The notes: generated by a model from the sequence alone, not told the origin. A DNA stretch of 64,000 bases from Eledone cirrhosa (GCA_964016885.1 OZ024742.1:273172001-273236000); one strand, 5' to 3'. Counted from the stretch's first letter, positions 1 to 13,500 are shown. A program made the numbers and translations.

Positions 1-72
1 ATGCTGTTTTCCAAGAATCAATTATTAAATAATAAGGATGAACTTGTTACCTTGTGTAAACATGTTATATAA
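1..72 (+). pseudogene. C-terminal tail of a Penelope-like element ORF
   Basis: Translates MLFSKNQLLNNKDELVTLCKHVI*, matching the LLNxxxExxxxCxH terminus also seen in the PLE at 41239 (LLNNKIETSIYCNH); an HHR follows at 413. Confidence 0.6.
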
Positions 73-412
73 GACATATCTCACCTTGAAATCCACTCAC
101 AATCCAGGTGGGTAGATCTTGGTTTTTAATATCGATTCCACTTACAGGCTCAGGTAGAGGTACCCCAGAGCACATAGATCCCTTTCCTAAAGTATCCCTA
201 GGTAGACATAGAATATTTACGTTACTGTAAACAGATACATATTGTTTTGCGATATTATCCAACATATCCAACATTTACTCATGCGCAAATGTTTTGACGT
301 GAATTGAAGCTCACAGGAAACGGGAATTCGCTTCATCAACATCGTGTTTGCCAGTTCCCTTGTTACTTCCGTTTAGGATTACCTCCTGAATGTAGCCTTA
401 TTATATAAGAAA

Positions 413-488
413 CTATCTGATGAGACCATGGCACTGGGTACTCCGCAGAATCGCGTGGCCACTGTCGTCATCGAAATATGTATCACAG
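413..488 (+). ncRNA. Type I hammerhead-like motif, long stem II (family J)
   Basis: ctat-CTGATGA(417)-long stem II-GAAA(473)-tatgtat-C-acag; homolog at 36665-36743. Confidence 0.65.
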
Positions 489-592
489 CCTTATCAGTAA
501 AGTACATTAACATATAAATTACTTTATATTTCCTTCTTCTATACACACACACACATATATATATATAAATATATATATACATATATATATAA

Positions 593-644
<52 letters not shown>

Positions 645-648
<4 letters not shown>

Positions 649-1788
649 GAATAAAGTTTGTCCTTCATCAGTGGTCTTCCAACCATCATAGGCATTTCAT
701 CGCTTTAAAGACCATATACCTCCGGTTGGTGCGAGCAACTGCTAAAAAAAGTCGTTGGGACACGTAAATAAAGGGGATGCGAGGGTAAACAAACAAAATG
801 GTGAAGCAACAGAAAGTGAAGAAGAGAGAGACAAGTCCCAGATTTCTATGAATCTAAATTCGGTGAAATCGTGAACGAGAGAATAAAGACCATCAAACCT
901 GGTTGAAATGTGAGCAAGGAAGGAATTTCGCACAGGTCTAACGGGAGGAAGAAGGGGGTCTGGTCTGCGAATTCGGTAAACATAAGTACTGTGAAATCGT
1001 AGACGAGAGAGAGAGAAAAAAAAAAAAAAAATTCATACCAGCTTGGCCAAGAGTGCGCGAGGAAAGAATTACACACAGGTAAAACGGGAAGAAAGGGGAG
1101 GAGGAGAGGTAGTGACAGAGAATGAGTGAGTGAAGGGTGAGGAAGAGGCTAACAGAGAGAGAGACTGCTAGAAAGGGTAAAGATACATAAAACGAAATAG
1201 ACGGGTAGCAGCAGATTTCGTTCTATGTATCTTTACCCTTTCTAGCAGTCTCTCTCTCTGTTAGCCTCTTCATCACCCTTCACTCTCTCATTCTCTGTCA
1301 CTACCTCTCCTCCTCCTCTTTCTTCCCGTTTGACCTGTGTGTAATTCTTTTCTCGCGCACTCTTGACCAAGTTGGTATGAATTTTTTTTTCTCTCTCTCT
1401 CTCGTCTACGATTTCACAGAACTTATGTTTACCGAATTTGCAGACCAGACCCCTTCTTCCTCCCGTTAGACCTGTGCGAAATTCCTTCCTTGCTCACATT
1501 TCAACCAGGTTTGATGGTCTTTATTCTCTCGTTCACGATTTCACCGAATTTAAATTAATAGAAATCTGGGACTTGTCTCTCTCTTCCTCACTTTCTGTTG
1601 CTTCACCATTTTGTTTGTTTACCCTCGCGTCCCCTTTATTTACGTGTCCCAACGACTTTTTTTAGCCGTTGCTCGCACCAACCGGAGGTATATGGTCTTT
1701 AAAGCGATGAAATGCCTATGATGGTTGGAAGACCACTGATGAAGGACAAACTTTATTCATATGTAACCCATTTGCAACTCCGCAGCGT

Positions 1789-1827
<39 letters not shown>

Positions 1828-2533
1828 TAAAGTTAGTCCTTCATCAGTGAATCTTCCAACCTTCATTAGAATATCATCGCTTTAAAGACCATATACCTCC
1901 GGTTGGTGCGCGCAACCGCTAAAGAAAGTCGTTGGGACACGTAAATAAGGGGAACGAGCGAAACTGTAAACAATCAAAGATGGTAATACAACGAAAAGTC
2001 AGGAAGCAGGAGTCAAGTCCCAGATTTCTATGAATATAAGTTCGGTGAAATCGTGGACGAGAGAGAATAAAGACCAGCAAACCTAGTCGAAATGTAAGCA
2101 AGGAAAGAATTCCGCAAGGTCAAACGGGAGGAAGAAGGAGTCTAGTCCCGGAATTCGGTGAACGCAAGTTCTGTGAAATCGTAGACAAGAGAGAAAAAAA
2201 GGAAAAACCAACCTGGTCAAGTGTGCGCGAGAAAAGAATTACGCACAGGTCAAACGGGAGGAAGTTGAGAGGGAGTAGAAGATAGTGAGTGAGAGAAGGG
2301 TGCGGAAGAGACTAACAGAGAGATTGACTGTTAGAGAGGGTAAAGGGAGGTGAAAGATACAGAGAAAGAGGAAGCAGTAAGAATGAAATAGATGGGTCAG
2401 GGCGGAGGGAAATATATGTGTGAATATGAAAACAAAACGTGCTGCGTGGTTGCTAAAGGGTTACATATGAATAAAGTTAGTCCTTCATCAGTGATCTTCC
2501 AAACTTCATTGGTATTTCATCGCTTTAAAGACC

Positions 2534-2572
<39 letters not shown>

Positions 2573-2680
2573 ATATATAAAGAACATGAGAAGAAAGAAG
2601 AATACTGCGTGGTTGCACATGGGTTACATATGATAAAATTAGTCCCTCGTCAGTGATTTGCCAACCATCATTGGTATTAT
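645..2680. repeat. Family A non-coding ~640-700 bp unit cluster (inverted pair ~645-1200 / ~1220-1760, then minus-strand tandem copies), each with a hammerhead-like motif
   Basis: Near-identical inverted and direct copies, internal ~130 bp sub-duplication, flanked by (TA)n; related copies at 39582-40450. Confidence 0.85.
1678..1747 (+). ncRNA. Candidate type II (permuted) hammerhead with possible pseudoknot, family A
   Basis: ccaacc..gtcttt..GAAA-tgcc-TA-tgat-ggttgg-aag-acca-CTGATGA-aggac; GAAA lies before CTGATGA. Confidence 0.45.
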
Positions 2681-2895
2681 ATATATATATATATATTGTT
2701 ATACCTGGGGAAGGTCATAGGTGTGTAATAATATTGCCAGAATTAATAACAGAACACACTCACTGTTTGGTTGGTTTTCGCTTCTGTGTCTTTCATATCG
2801 CTTAATTTAATTTATTCGGACCTCAATGTTGCCATTGACTGACCAACAGTCAAAAATACAGATACAATAGAGTCACAAACACATATATATATAGT

Positions 2896-2940
2896 CTATC
2901 AAAGTTCTTTCGTTGCACATCTGCAACATCGTCAGTGGTG
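2896..2940 (-). ncRNA. Minimal type I hammerhead in PLE pseudo-LTR
   Basis: Reverse complement: cacca-CTGACGA-t-gttgca/gatg/tgcaac-GAAA-gaact-T-tgata. Confidence 0.7.
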
Positions 2941-3342
2941 CTATTATGTTTCCTCTCGTTGCATTGTATGCTTACGCCATCTTTATTTAGTCTGTTTATT
3001 TATTTATTTATTTGTTTATTTTTCGTCTTCTCTGCGCATGCGTTTGCGTGTGTGTATAGTGTTTTGTTTGATTTGTGTTCTTGTTTGGGTGACTGTCTAT
3101 TGGTTAATGTAGTCTATCTTAGTTTACTAGTGTGTCTTTATATGTGTTTGTTGTTATTGTGCTCGTTTATGTATTTATTTATTTATTGATTTATTTATAC
3201 TTCTCTTAGGTCAGTGTTGTTTGTTTGGGTGTTGTTTTTATTCCATTCATTTTTTTCTCTTTAGCCTTGGCCTTCTAAGTTACATTTAGCTGGCCTCTCG
3301 ATCAGAATATTAAACTTAGCACTACTTGACATTGCTGAGTTT

Positions 3343-4170
3343 TTGAGTATCAGTACTGCTAAGTTTAATATTCTGATCGCAGACTTGGTACGAGTGATGA
3401 AGAACGTGTCCCGCATGTGCGACCCAACAGAAATGGAAAGAGACATCCAACAGTTCATCAACCGCATGCAGTTCTCTGGCTACAACCAAAGAGACAGAAT
3501 CAGAGTATACGAAGGAGCCACGGAGAAGTATAAGACCCTCATAGAACTGGATATGAAAGGAATTTGCCCATTATACAGGAGCAAATCATGGAATAGCTTA
3601 GATAGGACTAGACATAAAATAGGGAATGCCACCACATGGTACGACAACCAGAGATACGAGAGTGTCATGTTTGTGGCGCGACCCCTGGTGGGAAATTAGC
3701 TAACCAGTGTAGAAAGGCTCTGAGAAAGACCCACTTAAAGGTTAAGGTGGTAGAAAAGCCAGCAACCACCATAAAATCCCTGATCAGCAAAACCTACCCT
3801 TTTAAGAAAATCCGCTGTACTAATAGGAAATGTATCATATGTAGAGTAAACTCCCGGATAAACTGTAAAACTAGAAACGTAGTCTATAGCATAAGATGTA
3901 CAGAGGGTACTTGCAGAAACATGACAACAGCATACATAGGCGAGACAGCTCGTAGCATAAGTGAAAGGATACACCAACACTGGGGGGGGGGGACTAAAAG
4001 GACGAAAAAACGGTTCAGTACTATACGAACATGCCAGACAACAACACAACGGTAACATAGACAACATAGAAGTTAGAATAATATCTAAACATAGAAATGA
4101 CCCAGCAGATAGGCAAATCAGAAAGGCCAGCTAAATAGAACTTAGAAGGCCAAGGCCAAACAGAAGAAAA
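3343..4170 (+). pseudogene. PLE RT thumb / GIY-YIG endonuclease, frameshifted
   Basis: CIIC..NCKTRNVVYSIRC..AYIGETARSISERIHQH is a GIY-YIG-type motif; two frameshifts. Confidence 0.85.
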
Positions 4171-4480
4171 TGAATGGAATAACAACAACACCCAAACAAA
4201 CGACACTGACCTAAGAGAAGTATAAATAAATAAATAAATAAATAAATACATACACAAGCACAATAACAACAAACACATATAAACACACACTAGTAAACTA
4301 AGATAGAATACATTAACCAATACACAGTCACCCAAACAAGAAGACACATCAAACAAAACACTATAGGCACACGCAAACGCATGCGCAGAGAAGACAAAAA
4401 AATAAACACATAAATAAATAAATAAACAGACTAAATAAAGACGGCGTAAGCATACAATGCAACGGGAGGGAACATAATAG

Positions 4481-4524
4481 CACCATTGACGATGTTGCAG
4501 ATGTGCAACGAAAGAACTTTGTTA
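4481..4524 (+). ncRNA. Minimal type I hammerhead (TTGACGA core variant)
   Basis: Sister copy of 2896-2940. Confidence 0.6.
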
Positions 4525-4789
4525 GACTATATATATGTGTTTGTGTCTATATTGTATCTGTACTTTTGACCGTTGGTCAGACAATGTCAACATTGAAGAC
4601 CGAATGAATTAAATTAACCGATATAATAGACACAGAAGCGGTAACCAACCAAACAGTGAGTGTGTTCTGTTATTAATTCTGGCAATATTATTACACAAAT
4701 AGGACCCTCCCCAAGTATAACAATATTTGTTTCGACACACGATTTCATATCAAAAACCTCGCAAAACTAATTATATATATATATATACG

Positions 4790-5221
4790 ATATTAACAAA
4801 TGGAAACTATATTTATAAAACTATATTTATTTCATTATACATATTTCAAGAGACCAAGTTAAATTATGGTGTGCTTTCATCAGATAAAATATAATATAGA
4901 TCAGTTTTATAAATAAATATTGACATACCCTTAAAGAATGCAACCATTACTGTTGGGACCTTCCAACAGTAATGGTTACATTCTTTAAGGTTTTGTCAAT
5001 ATCTATTTATAAAACTGATCTATATTATAATTTATCTAATGAAAGCGCACCATAATTTAACTTGGTGTCCTTGAAATATGTATAATGAAATAAATATGGT
5101 TTAATAAATATAGTTTCCATTTGTTAATATCGTATTTTTACTCTCCAAATATTTGTTAAGTGCTTTATATCAGTTATAAAAATATTTGCTTGTTGTATCC
5201 CAACAATTTAAATAGAACTTT

Positions 5222-5222
<1 letters not shown>
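4790..5222. repeat. Family B HHR-bearing short element as an inverted pair (HHR at 4830-4889 minus; G5A-mutated copy at 5031-5090 plus)
   Basis: ttttat-CTGATGA-aag..ctt-GAAA-tatgtat-A-atgaaa; relatives at 7950-8210, 37920-38280 and 40710-40970. Confidence 0.75.
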
Positions 5223-5306
<84 letters not shown>

Positions 5307-5357
5307 ATAATAAAATAACAGGAGGCTGGACTTGTGTAAATCATTGAAGGGTTTATT

Positions 5358-5415
5358 ATACTATGATCATTTCAATGACCGGGTTCCGTATGAATCCGGG
5401 GATATCATCAGGTAT
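5358..5415 (-). ncRNA. Minimal type I hammerhead, family C
   Basis: Reverse complement: atac-CTGATGA-..ccgg..ccgg..-GAA-ATGATCAT(palindrome)-A-gtat. Confidence 0.7.
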
Positions 5416-5497
5416 TCGAAATATAATAAATGAATGTAACAGATAAAATCCATGGGGCTGAAAATCCCGAGGAAGACCGACCATCTAGCATCTTCCA

Positions 5498-5552
5498 CTT
5501 TAGCCGGTCGCCCTCAACTTTAGCCAGTCGCCCTCAACTTTAGCCGGTCGCA
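5498..5552 (+). repeat. 20-bp tandem repeat, about 3 copies (ctttagccggtcgccctcaa)
   Basis: Direct inspection. Confidence 0.85.
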
Positions 5553-5668
5553 CCAACTACACAAACGAAGACGGTTGAGCTGCTTTACGTTGAGTACTCT
5601 CCATATTATTACATGAAGATTGACCATACGGAATTGACCAGCTCTATCCAGTGGTTAACCTTCAAACC

Positions 5669-5728
<60 letters not shown>

Positions 5729-5755
5729 CACACATATATATATACATATACATAT

Positions 5756-5837
<82 letters not shown>

Positions 5838-6191
5838 ACATATATATATAAATATGTATATATCGAGAGAGAGGAGAGAGAGGAGAGAGAGAGAGAGCCA
5901 GGGATTGAATTACATGCATGTATTCAAAATCAGAGTCATACATATACTGTAAAATAGGTTTAATTTCCTTTTGTAGACACTAAAAGTAACATTGATATTA
6001 TTGATATGAAACTACCATTGTTCCGTTGATGATCATATGCCTAATGTATGCCAGAAGCAGTGTCGAATTAAACAGAAAGTATGTTCATGTAATGACTTTG
6101 CAAATGGATCGTACTCTTTCTATTAAAGTCGATGTTTTTTTCTCGCCCATTTTCATACACAATCACACATACGGGAGCGCACATACACGCT

Positions 6192-6323
<132 letters not shown>

Positions 6324-6336
6324 GGGGGGGGGGGAG

Positions 6337-6375
<39 letters not shown>

Positions 6376-6715
6376 AAGATAGATAGATAGATATAGATAT
6401 ATATATAGATATAGATAGATATGTGTGTTTTCTGTATGCATTAATATATAAATAAACATAGATATGCAAGCTCAGAAATAGGCACATGAGAAATAACCAC
6501 AATATAGTTATAGATAACTAAGGAATAAGTACGTTCTGCTAATTAACAATGACACATTTAGTAACACACATAACGCATACAAATAACAAAAACAGATTGC
6601 TATTAATAATAGAAAAGTTTAAATATATATATGATGAAACAAAATATTTTTTGTATTCGTAGTCAACTCGTAAAGAACAAAAAGAAAACATATGATATAT
6701 ACATACATATACATG

Positions 6716-6764
<49 letters not shown>

Positions 6765-6886
6765 AACATTACTGTTTACATAAGTGTGTTCCTGACTGTT
6801 TATGTATGAATAGGCTGCATATAATATTGTTATTGCGACATCATTCAGAATGTAATTAGATGTTGCGCACTCATAGAAATACACAA

Positions 6887-6962
<76 letters not shown>

Positions 6963-7791
6963 GCATCCACAAACACACACAAACACATATATATGTTTAT
7001 TTATTTGTCTGTATAAAGGTGTTTGTGTATGGGGGGAGATGTCTTATGGATATGTGTTTGCTTATACACATCTATACAATATGTTAACATATATATATAG
7101 AGAGAAAGATAGATAGAAATAGAAAAAGAGGGAGATACATTGAAGGTAATTTAATATGTATATGTAGATGTGTGTTTCTGTGTGCGAGTCTGTGGACATG
7201 TTATTGTGGTGTATGTCCTATATGCCCATATAAAACATCAATCCTTTTTATCAATGCATGTTATTGTGTGAAATGTATAATGCGTCTTGTAAAGAATTCG
7301 ATTTCTTGAAACATATTAGTGAAAGTCTTAGGTAATGGATGGTATTAGTTCAATAGAATGAACTCACAGTAATTTTTCCTTATTTACACGTCAGCCGCAT
7401 TGTATTTCACGCAACTACTTTCAATTGAACATCGATCACATATGTATCCACAACAATATATAATTTATATTACTATACTCATACGCATGTACACACTCGT
7501 ATATATATATATGTGCGTGTGTGTGTGTGTGTGTATGTATGTATGTGTGTGTGTGTGTATTGGTATATATATATTATTAAAGTGTAGGAGCCCACACCCT
7601 CCCCCCAGTGTGAACCTATCTACATACACTTAGCTTGAATTCTTTCTGACATTGTTTTCTAAATAAAATTATAATTTTAAAAGAATTCCATTTTCTTTAA
7701 ATCCATAAAAAAATGACCCCCACCCATCCCAATCACCACCCTCTCCTACCACCAGAAAATGTATAAATACCTCCACATTACTTGGACAGTC

Positions 7792-7842
7792 GGCTTCCTG
7801 ATGATTTCTCCCGAATAAAACACTTCTAGTCCTGTAGAAGCC
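7792..7842 (+). ncRNA. Type I hammerhead, family D (this copy has GAAA>AAAA)
   Basis: ggcttc-CTGATGA-ttc/gaa..-ctgTA-gaagcc; part of a ~350 bp element 7565-7930 repeated at 38390-38750. Confidence 0.6.
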
Positions 7843-8082
7843 ATTTCTATATTAAACATTTAAACTTTACTATGTATTAAGTACTTTACTTACTGTGTTT
7901 ACCCCTGATTGAGCCCGGGATAAACTGTATATATATATATATATAAGTAGAAGGGATATTTAATTTGTTGGAAATTCAACAAATATAAATGTTTATAACT
8001 GTTTCAGAGCACTCGACAGTTTCTGGAGTAAATATTCAATGATATTAAATAAATTGAAACTATATTTATAAAACCATATTTA

Positions 8083-8140
8083 TTCTATTATATGTATTTC
8101 AAGGGTACCCAAATCTTTGGTGCGCTTTCATCAGATAAAA
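8083..8140 (-). ncRNA. Type I hammerhead, family B
   Basis: Reverse complement: ttttat-CTGATGA-aagcgcacc..ggtaccctt-GAAA-tacatat-A-atagaa. Confidence 0.7.
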
Positions 8141-9066
8141 TACACAGTGTGTTTTATAAATGTTGACATAGCCAAGGAAGCATACCTTATCAGTTGAATT
8201 TTCCTTGGATAGTGAATTTAAAGAACGGATTTTTCAAAATTGTTAGGATGAGTATGCAAATGAATATGTAAATGAGGTTGAGTTAAATGATTGAAACACC
8301 GTTATTTTAAACGCTATGGAATGTTTAGATATATTAATAGGAGAGAAAGAAAGAAAAAGAAAAAGAAGACCACGTATATACGTTAATTTGGGAGGAAAAT
8401 ATTTACCTATATTATGTATATATTTATATGGAGACTTATGTTTGTAAGTATTTATCTTATTACAACATTGTAGTGGGTTAAATATATAAATATCTATATA
8501 TATTTTAATAATAGCATATGTATTATTATTAAATTGATAAGTTGCAATTATTAGTTGTTTATAATAAGGGTTACGAGGGTGTTGATTTTGTGTTTTATGT
8601 AGATAAATAAATAAATAAATGGGTAGTTCAAGTTTTAGGTGGTTGTTTATAATATGAGTTACGAGGGAAGTTGATTTTGTATTTTACGTAAATAAATAGG
8701 TAGTTAAAATTATGAATTTATATATTTGAATATCTTGTTCGGCTTTGAGAATGTTTTAATTTAACGGAATTACGTATATAATAATGTAATAACTTTTTAT
8801 GATTGAGAAAGGAAAGATAACTCCAACTTTGTTTGTTAATCGATACATTTTTTAAGAGTTAGTGTAAGATTAATTAATTAGTTAGTCGAAAGAAGTGTGA
8901 ATGTTTAAAAATCGTCTTGAATAGGATACATTTTTCTAATGTCAGTTAATGGTTATTAATCTACGTTTAAAAATAAATTTAGAGGGTGTCCTTGGGAAAA
9001 TATAATATAAGAATAAAAAAAATTAAAATTAAAATTATATAGATATAAATACATATATATCTATTT

Positions 9067-9107
<41 letters not shown>

Positions 9108-10700
9108 ATACAATAACAGAGATAGTTTAAAGCTAAACTCTGACTGGTAACCATCTCACTCAACAAACATTAGGTTATATTAAAATATAAACCCAATTTA
9201 AGTGTTTGGGGTGCTAACAATATGTATAATGTGGAAAAACCAGTTGTATTATTTTATGAGATATAATTAAAGTTAAAGTATATCTCTCTTTCCAAACAAT
9301 TGTTTCATTATAAATTTTCTACAAGTTTGGGAGAATGTTTCCAGTTTATGTAGAAGCCTAATATATATTCATGTAAGAATATATTTAGGTGGGCACTTAT
9401 AAATCATTAGTGTAAGCCCATTAAACATTGATATGAGAAAACAATTTCTTACCGCTGTCAAAAATCATGTCCGTAAGGTTGCTCTCTCTCACCTCGAATG
9501 ACCGCCAAATTTGAAATTCCAGCAGTTTTTGACTGAGGAAGTATCATAGCGACACGAAGCGGGAAGGGGAGACAACCCACGATCCACGAAATGAGGGAAA
9601 AAAATAATATACACGCGGGTTAATTAGTTTTTTTGAAAACATTATCAATCCAACGTGTTTAAGAACTCAATTGAAAATAAAAAAATAAATATATGCTTGT
9701 ATAAATTACACACGCATATAGATATTTTCTTAGGCTAAATCAGAAGTTGTACCCGAATAAGAACCGCTTCTCATAACCGCAGTAAATGCAGAAAGTTATG
9801 CTATAAAGGGCAAATGGGAATATAATTCTCCGGCCGAATTATTAAGAGTAAAATATAAAACACACGCTGGTTAATTAGTTATTTCAAAACCAATATTGAT
9901 TCCTCGTGTAAAGAACTCAATTAATAAAAGAAAATAAATACATATATGCATGTAATTATATACGTAGGCATATATATATATTTTCCTAGGCTAAAAAACA
10001 GAGAAGTTACAACCAAAGAAAGCCACAATATTTCACAACAGTAATACATACGGAAAGTCAAATTCATAAGGTACCTGGAAATAAACACCTCTGGCCAATC
10101 AAGAGTAAATATTTAATACAATAACAGATATAGTTTAAAGCTAAACTCTGACTGGTAACCATCTCACTCAACAAACATTAGGTTATATTAAAATATAAAC
10201 CCAATTTAAGTGTTTGGGGTGCTAACAATATGTATAATGTGGAAAAACCAGTTGTATTATTTTATGAGATATAATTAAAGTTAAAGTATATCTCTCTTTC
10301 CAAACAATTGTTTCATTATAAGTTTTCTACAAGTTTGGGAGAATGTTTCCAGTTTATGTAGAAGCCTAAAATATATTCATGTAAGAATATATTTCGGTGG
10401 GCACTTATAAATCATCAGTGGAAGCCCATTAAACATTGATATAAGAAAACAATTTCTTACCGCTGTCAAAAATCATGTACGTAAAGTTGCTCTCTCTCAC
10501 CTCGAATGACCGCCAAATTTGAAATTCCAGCAGTTTTTGACTGAGGAAGTATCATAGCGACACGAAGCGGGAAGGGGAGACAACCCACGATCCACGAAAT
10601 GAGGGAAAAAAATAATATACACGCGGGTTAATTAGTTTTTTTGAAAACATTATCAATCCAACGTGTTTAAGAACTCAATTGAAAATAAAAAAATAAATAT
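9108..10700 (+). repeat. 1008-bp tandem duplication (~1.6 copies) with an internal ~250-bp sub-repeat
   Basis: agctaaactc at 9131 and 10139; copies nearly identical. Confidence 0.9.
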
Positions 10701-10719
10701 ATATATATATAAATAAATA

Positions 10720-12090
10720 TAAATGGAAAAGAATGAAACGAAATTTCATTTCTCACTCTTAGTACGGCTGATACCTAAATATAAGTATGTATACGTACAT
10801 ACATACATATATGTGTACAGACGTACAGTAGTATGTATATATATACATACATGCACACATCTATATATGTACGTATGGGTTTACCGAACATTTTTTTATA
10901 ATGTTCGGTTTGTTTGTAAACAAACAGTCCGAATTACGCCGTGCCTTGCTCGGCAACCATCGTCGCCCTTTTGTTCAACACTGACACATGAACGATGTAC
11001 TAGTTTCAAGCTTATTAGCTACCGTCAGCATCGTATACCTTCCTGTCAGATGATTGAACGTTTGAAAGTATATACTTTCCTAATGCACATTAACGACTAA
11101 GCAGCCTAATTTGCATATTGAGTGAGTTAGTCGGCCGGGCGTGCCGAAAATGGTAAATGGAAAAGAATGAAACGAAATTTCATTTCTCAATCTTAGTCTC
11201 TTAGTACGGCTGATACCTAAATATAAGTATGTATACGTAAATACATATATGTGTACAGACGTACAGTAGTATGTATATATATATACATACATGCACACAC
11301 ATATATATGTACGTAAAGGGTTTGCCGAACATTTATTATAATATTCGGTTTGTTTGTAAACAAACAGCCGGAATTATGCCGTACAGTGCTCGGCAACCAT
11401 CGTCGCCCATTTTTTCAACACTGACACAGGAACGATGTACTAGTTTCAAGCTTATTAGCTATCGTCAGCATCGTATACCTTTCTGTCAGATGATTGAACG
11501 TTTGAAAGTATATACTTTCCTTACGCATATTAACGGCTGTGTGCATGTATGTATATATATACATACTACTGTACGTCTGTACACATATATGTATGTACAT
11601 ATACATACTTATATTTAAGTAACAGCCGTACCAAGAGTAGGAAATGCAATTTCGTTTCATTTTTTCCGTTTATCGTTTTCGGTGCACCCGGCCGATTAAC
11701 CCACTTGATATGCAAATTGGGCTACTCAGCCGTTAATATGCATAAGGTAAGTATATACGTTCAACAATCTGGCAGGAAAGTATACGTTGCTGACGATAGC
11801 TAATAAGCTTGAAACTAGTACAGCGTTCCTTTGTCATTGTTGAACAAACGAGCAACGATGGTTGGTAGACACTACGACTTAATACGGGATGTTTGTTTAC
11901 AAACACACCGAGCATTATAATAAATGTTCGGTGATCCATACGTACATATATATATATGTGCATGTATGTATATATATATATATACATACTACTGTACGTC
12001 TGTATACATATATGTATGTACGTGTACGTACTTATATTTAATTTACAGCGGTACTAAGTGTGGGAAATGAAATTTCGTTTCATTTTTTCC

Positions 12091-12095
<5 letters not shown>
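10720..12095. repeat. Family E retrozyme-like ~440-bp unit: two tandem copies plus an inverted copy
   Basis: HHRs at 10993-11033(-), 11433-11473(-) and 11785-11825(+); other copies at 31393-31965 and 60958-61480. Confidence 0.85.
11785..11825 (+). ncRNA. Minimal type I hammerhead, family E
   Basis: cgttg-CTGACGA-t-agct/aata/agct-t-GAA-ACTAGT-A-cagcg. Confidence 0.85.
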
Positions 12096-12136
<41 letters not shown>

Positions 12137-12269
12137 ATAAATTTGCTGAAATGTGAAAGTACTACAAATATTAAAGATATTACCATTTATAAATATTAAT
12201 ATATTAAAATATAAAAAATTTAAATTGTTAAAGAAAATAGGATCATTTTGAAGATTTATAGGAATATTA

Positions 12270-13500
12270 TCAATTACACATAGTTGTGAATGTAGAATTT
12301 TGGCGATGTCTGCAAGAAGAAAATAATTCTATCCTGCGATTAATAGAGTTTTGACAGTTAATTATATAAAATATTTCTTCGATACACAATTTACGAATTT
12401 TGATAAAGCCATATTGAAGTACGCAGTTGCTTTGAAATCGTTTTCCAAGATATTAAATAGTCTATATTTTTGCTTTTTAAGTTCCATATAAGATGTGGAA
12501 GAGAAGTGGAAGATTTTTTATCAGATCTTTTGAAAGAATGATTATGGTTATTTCAGCAATCTTTAAATTTTGTAGAAGTGGCACCGACATAGTTAAATAT
12601 ATTATCTCTAGTTTAAACTGTGCATTTATTGATTACGTTTTTATCTAAACACTTATTTTGATAAAGGGCTGTTTGATTTAATTCTACAGTTACATTTTAC
12701 GGAGTTGTTGTTGCTCGGAACGGTACTATCATACTGGATATTGCTAGAAATATTATTATTGCTATTATGGTTTATTTGATTAGGGTTTAAATTGAAGTTT
12801 CTATTATTAATTCAATTCATATTTTGTTCTATGTTCATAGTCGCAGAGTAGGATAGTATTATTGTATGCCTGTTAAAGATTGAGTTGTATCTGTGGGCTT
12901 TAGAAAAACATTAGTCTAGTGCTTTAAAGAATAGCTTTGCTAAAGGTGTTTTATCGCTTAATGATAATGGGGGGGGGGGAGTACCAAATAATATTTTTAG
13001 TTTTAGTTATTTTGTTTGATTTAGAGTTTAAGTTAAATTGTTTATTATTATTATAATTAATACTAGGGTGATTGGCTATGTTATTGTTGTAAATGTATTT
13101 AATTTTATTCGAATATACTGCTCTATTTAAAGCTTCGTTATAATATAGCCTTATCATCAACAGTATTTTTATTATCGGAGAGGCGTGAAATCCGTTGTTG
13201 GACACTATTGACAATAGTGTTCTTAATAGATCTAGGATGATTAGAATTAACATTTACGTAATTTAGATTTTCGTTAATTTTATGGAAAGGATAGTAAAGC
13301 CCTGTGCTAAGGTTTAATGTTACATCTAAGAAGTTAACGATTTTATAGTTATTCTCTATTACTAACTTAAGGTTATAATTATTGAATAATTGTATTATGG
13401 ATTTTCTTTTCATATTAATTTCACAGTTACTATGGTTTTCAATTGAAAGCAGGATATCTCGTCACGATATAAACCACCGGTTATCTCTGGCATTTTCCTA
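12270..13500 (-). pseudogene. Decayed PLE RT + GIY-YIG (YRDD-type)
   Basis: VNFLDVTLNL..PFHKINENLNYVN..SNHP; IIWYSPP; downstream YVGATST; homologous to 41239-43130. Confidence 0.8.

Larger units (their letters stand above)
2693..4725 (+). mobile_element. 5'-truncated Penelope-like element with inverted pseudo-LTR (2693-3300 is the reverse complement of 4126-4725)
   Basis: RT C-terminus and GIY-YIG ORF fragments between inverted terminal copies that each carry an HHR. Confidence 0.85.
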
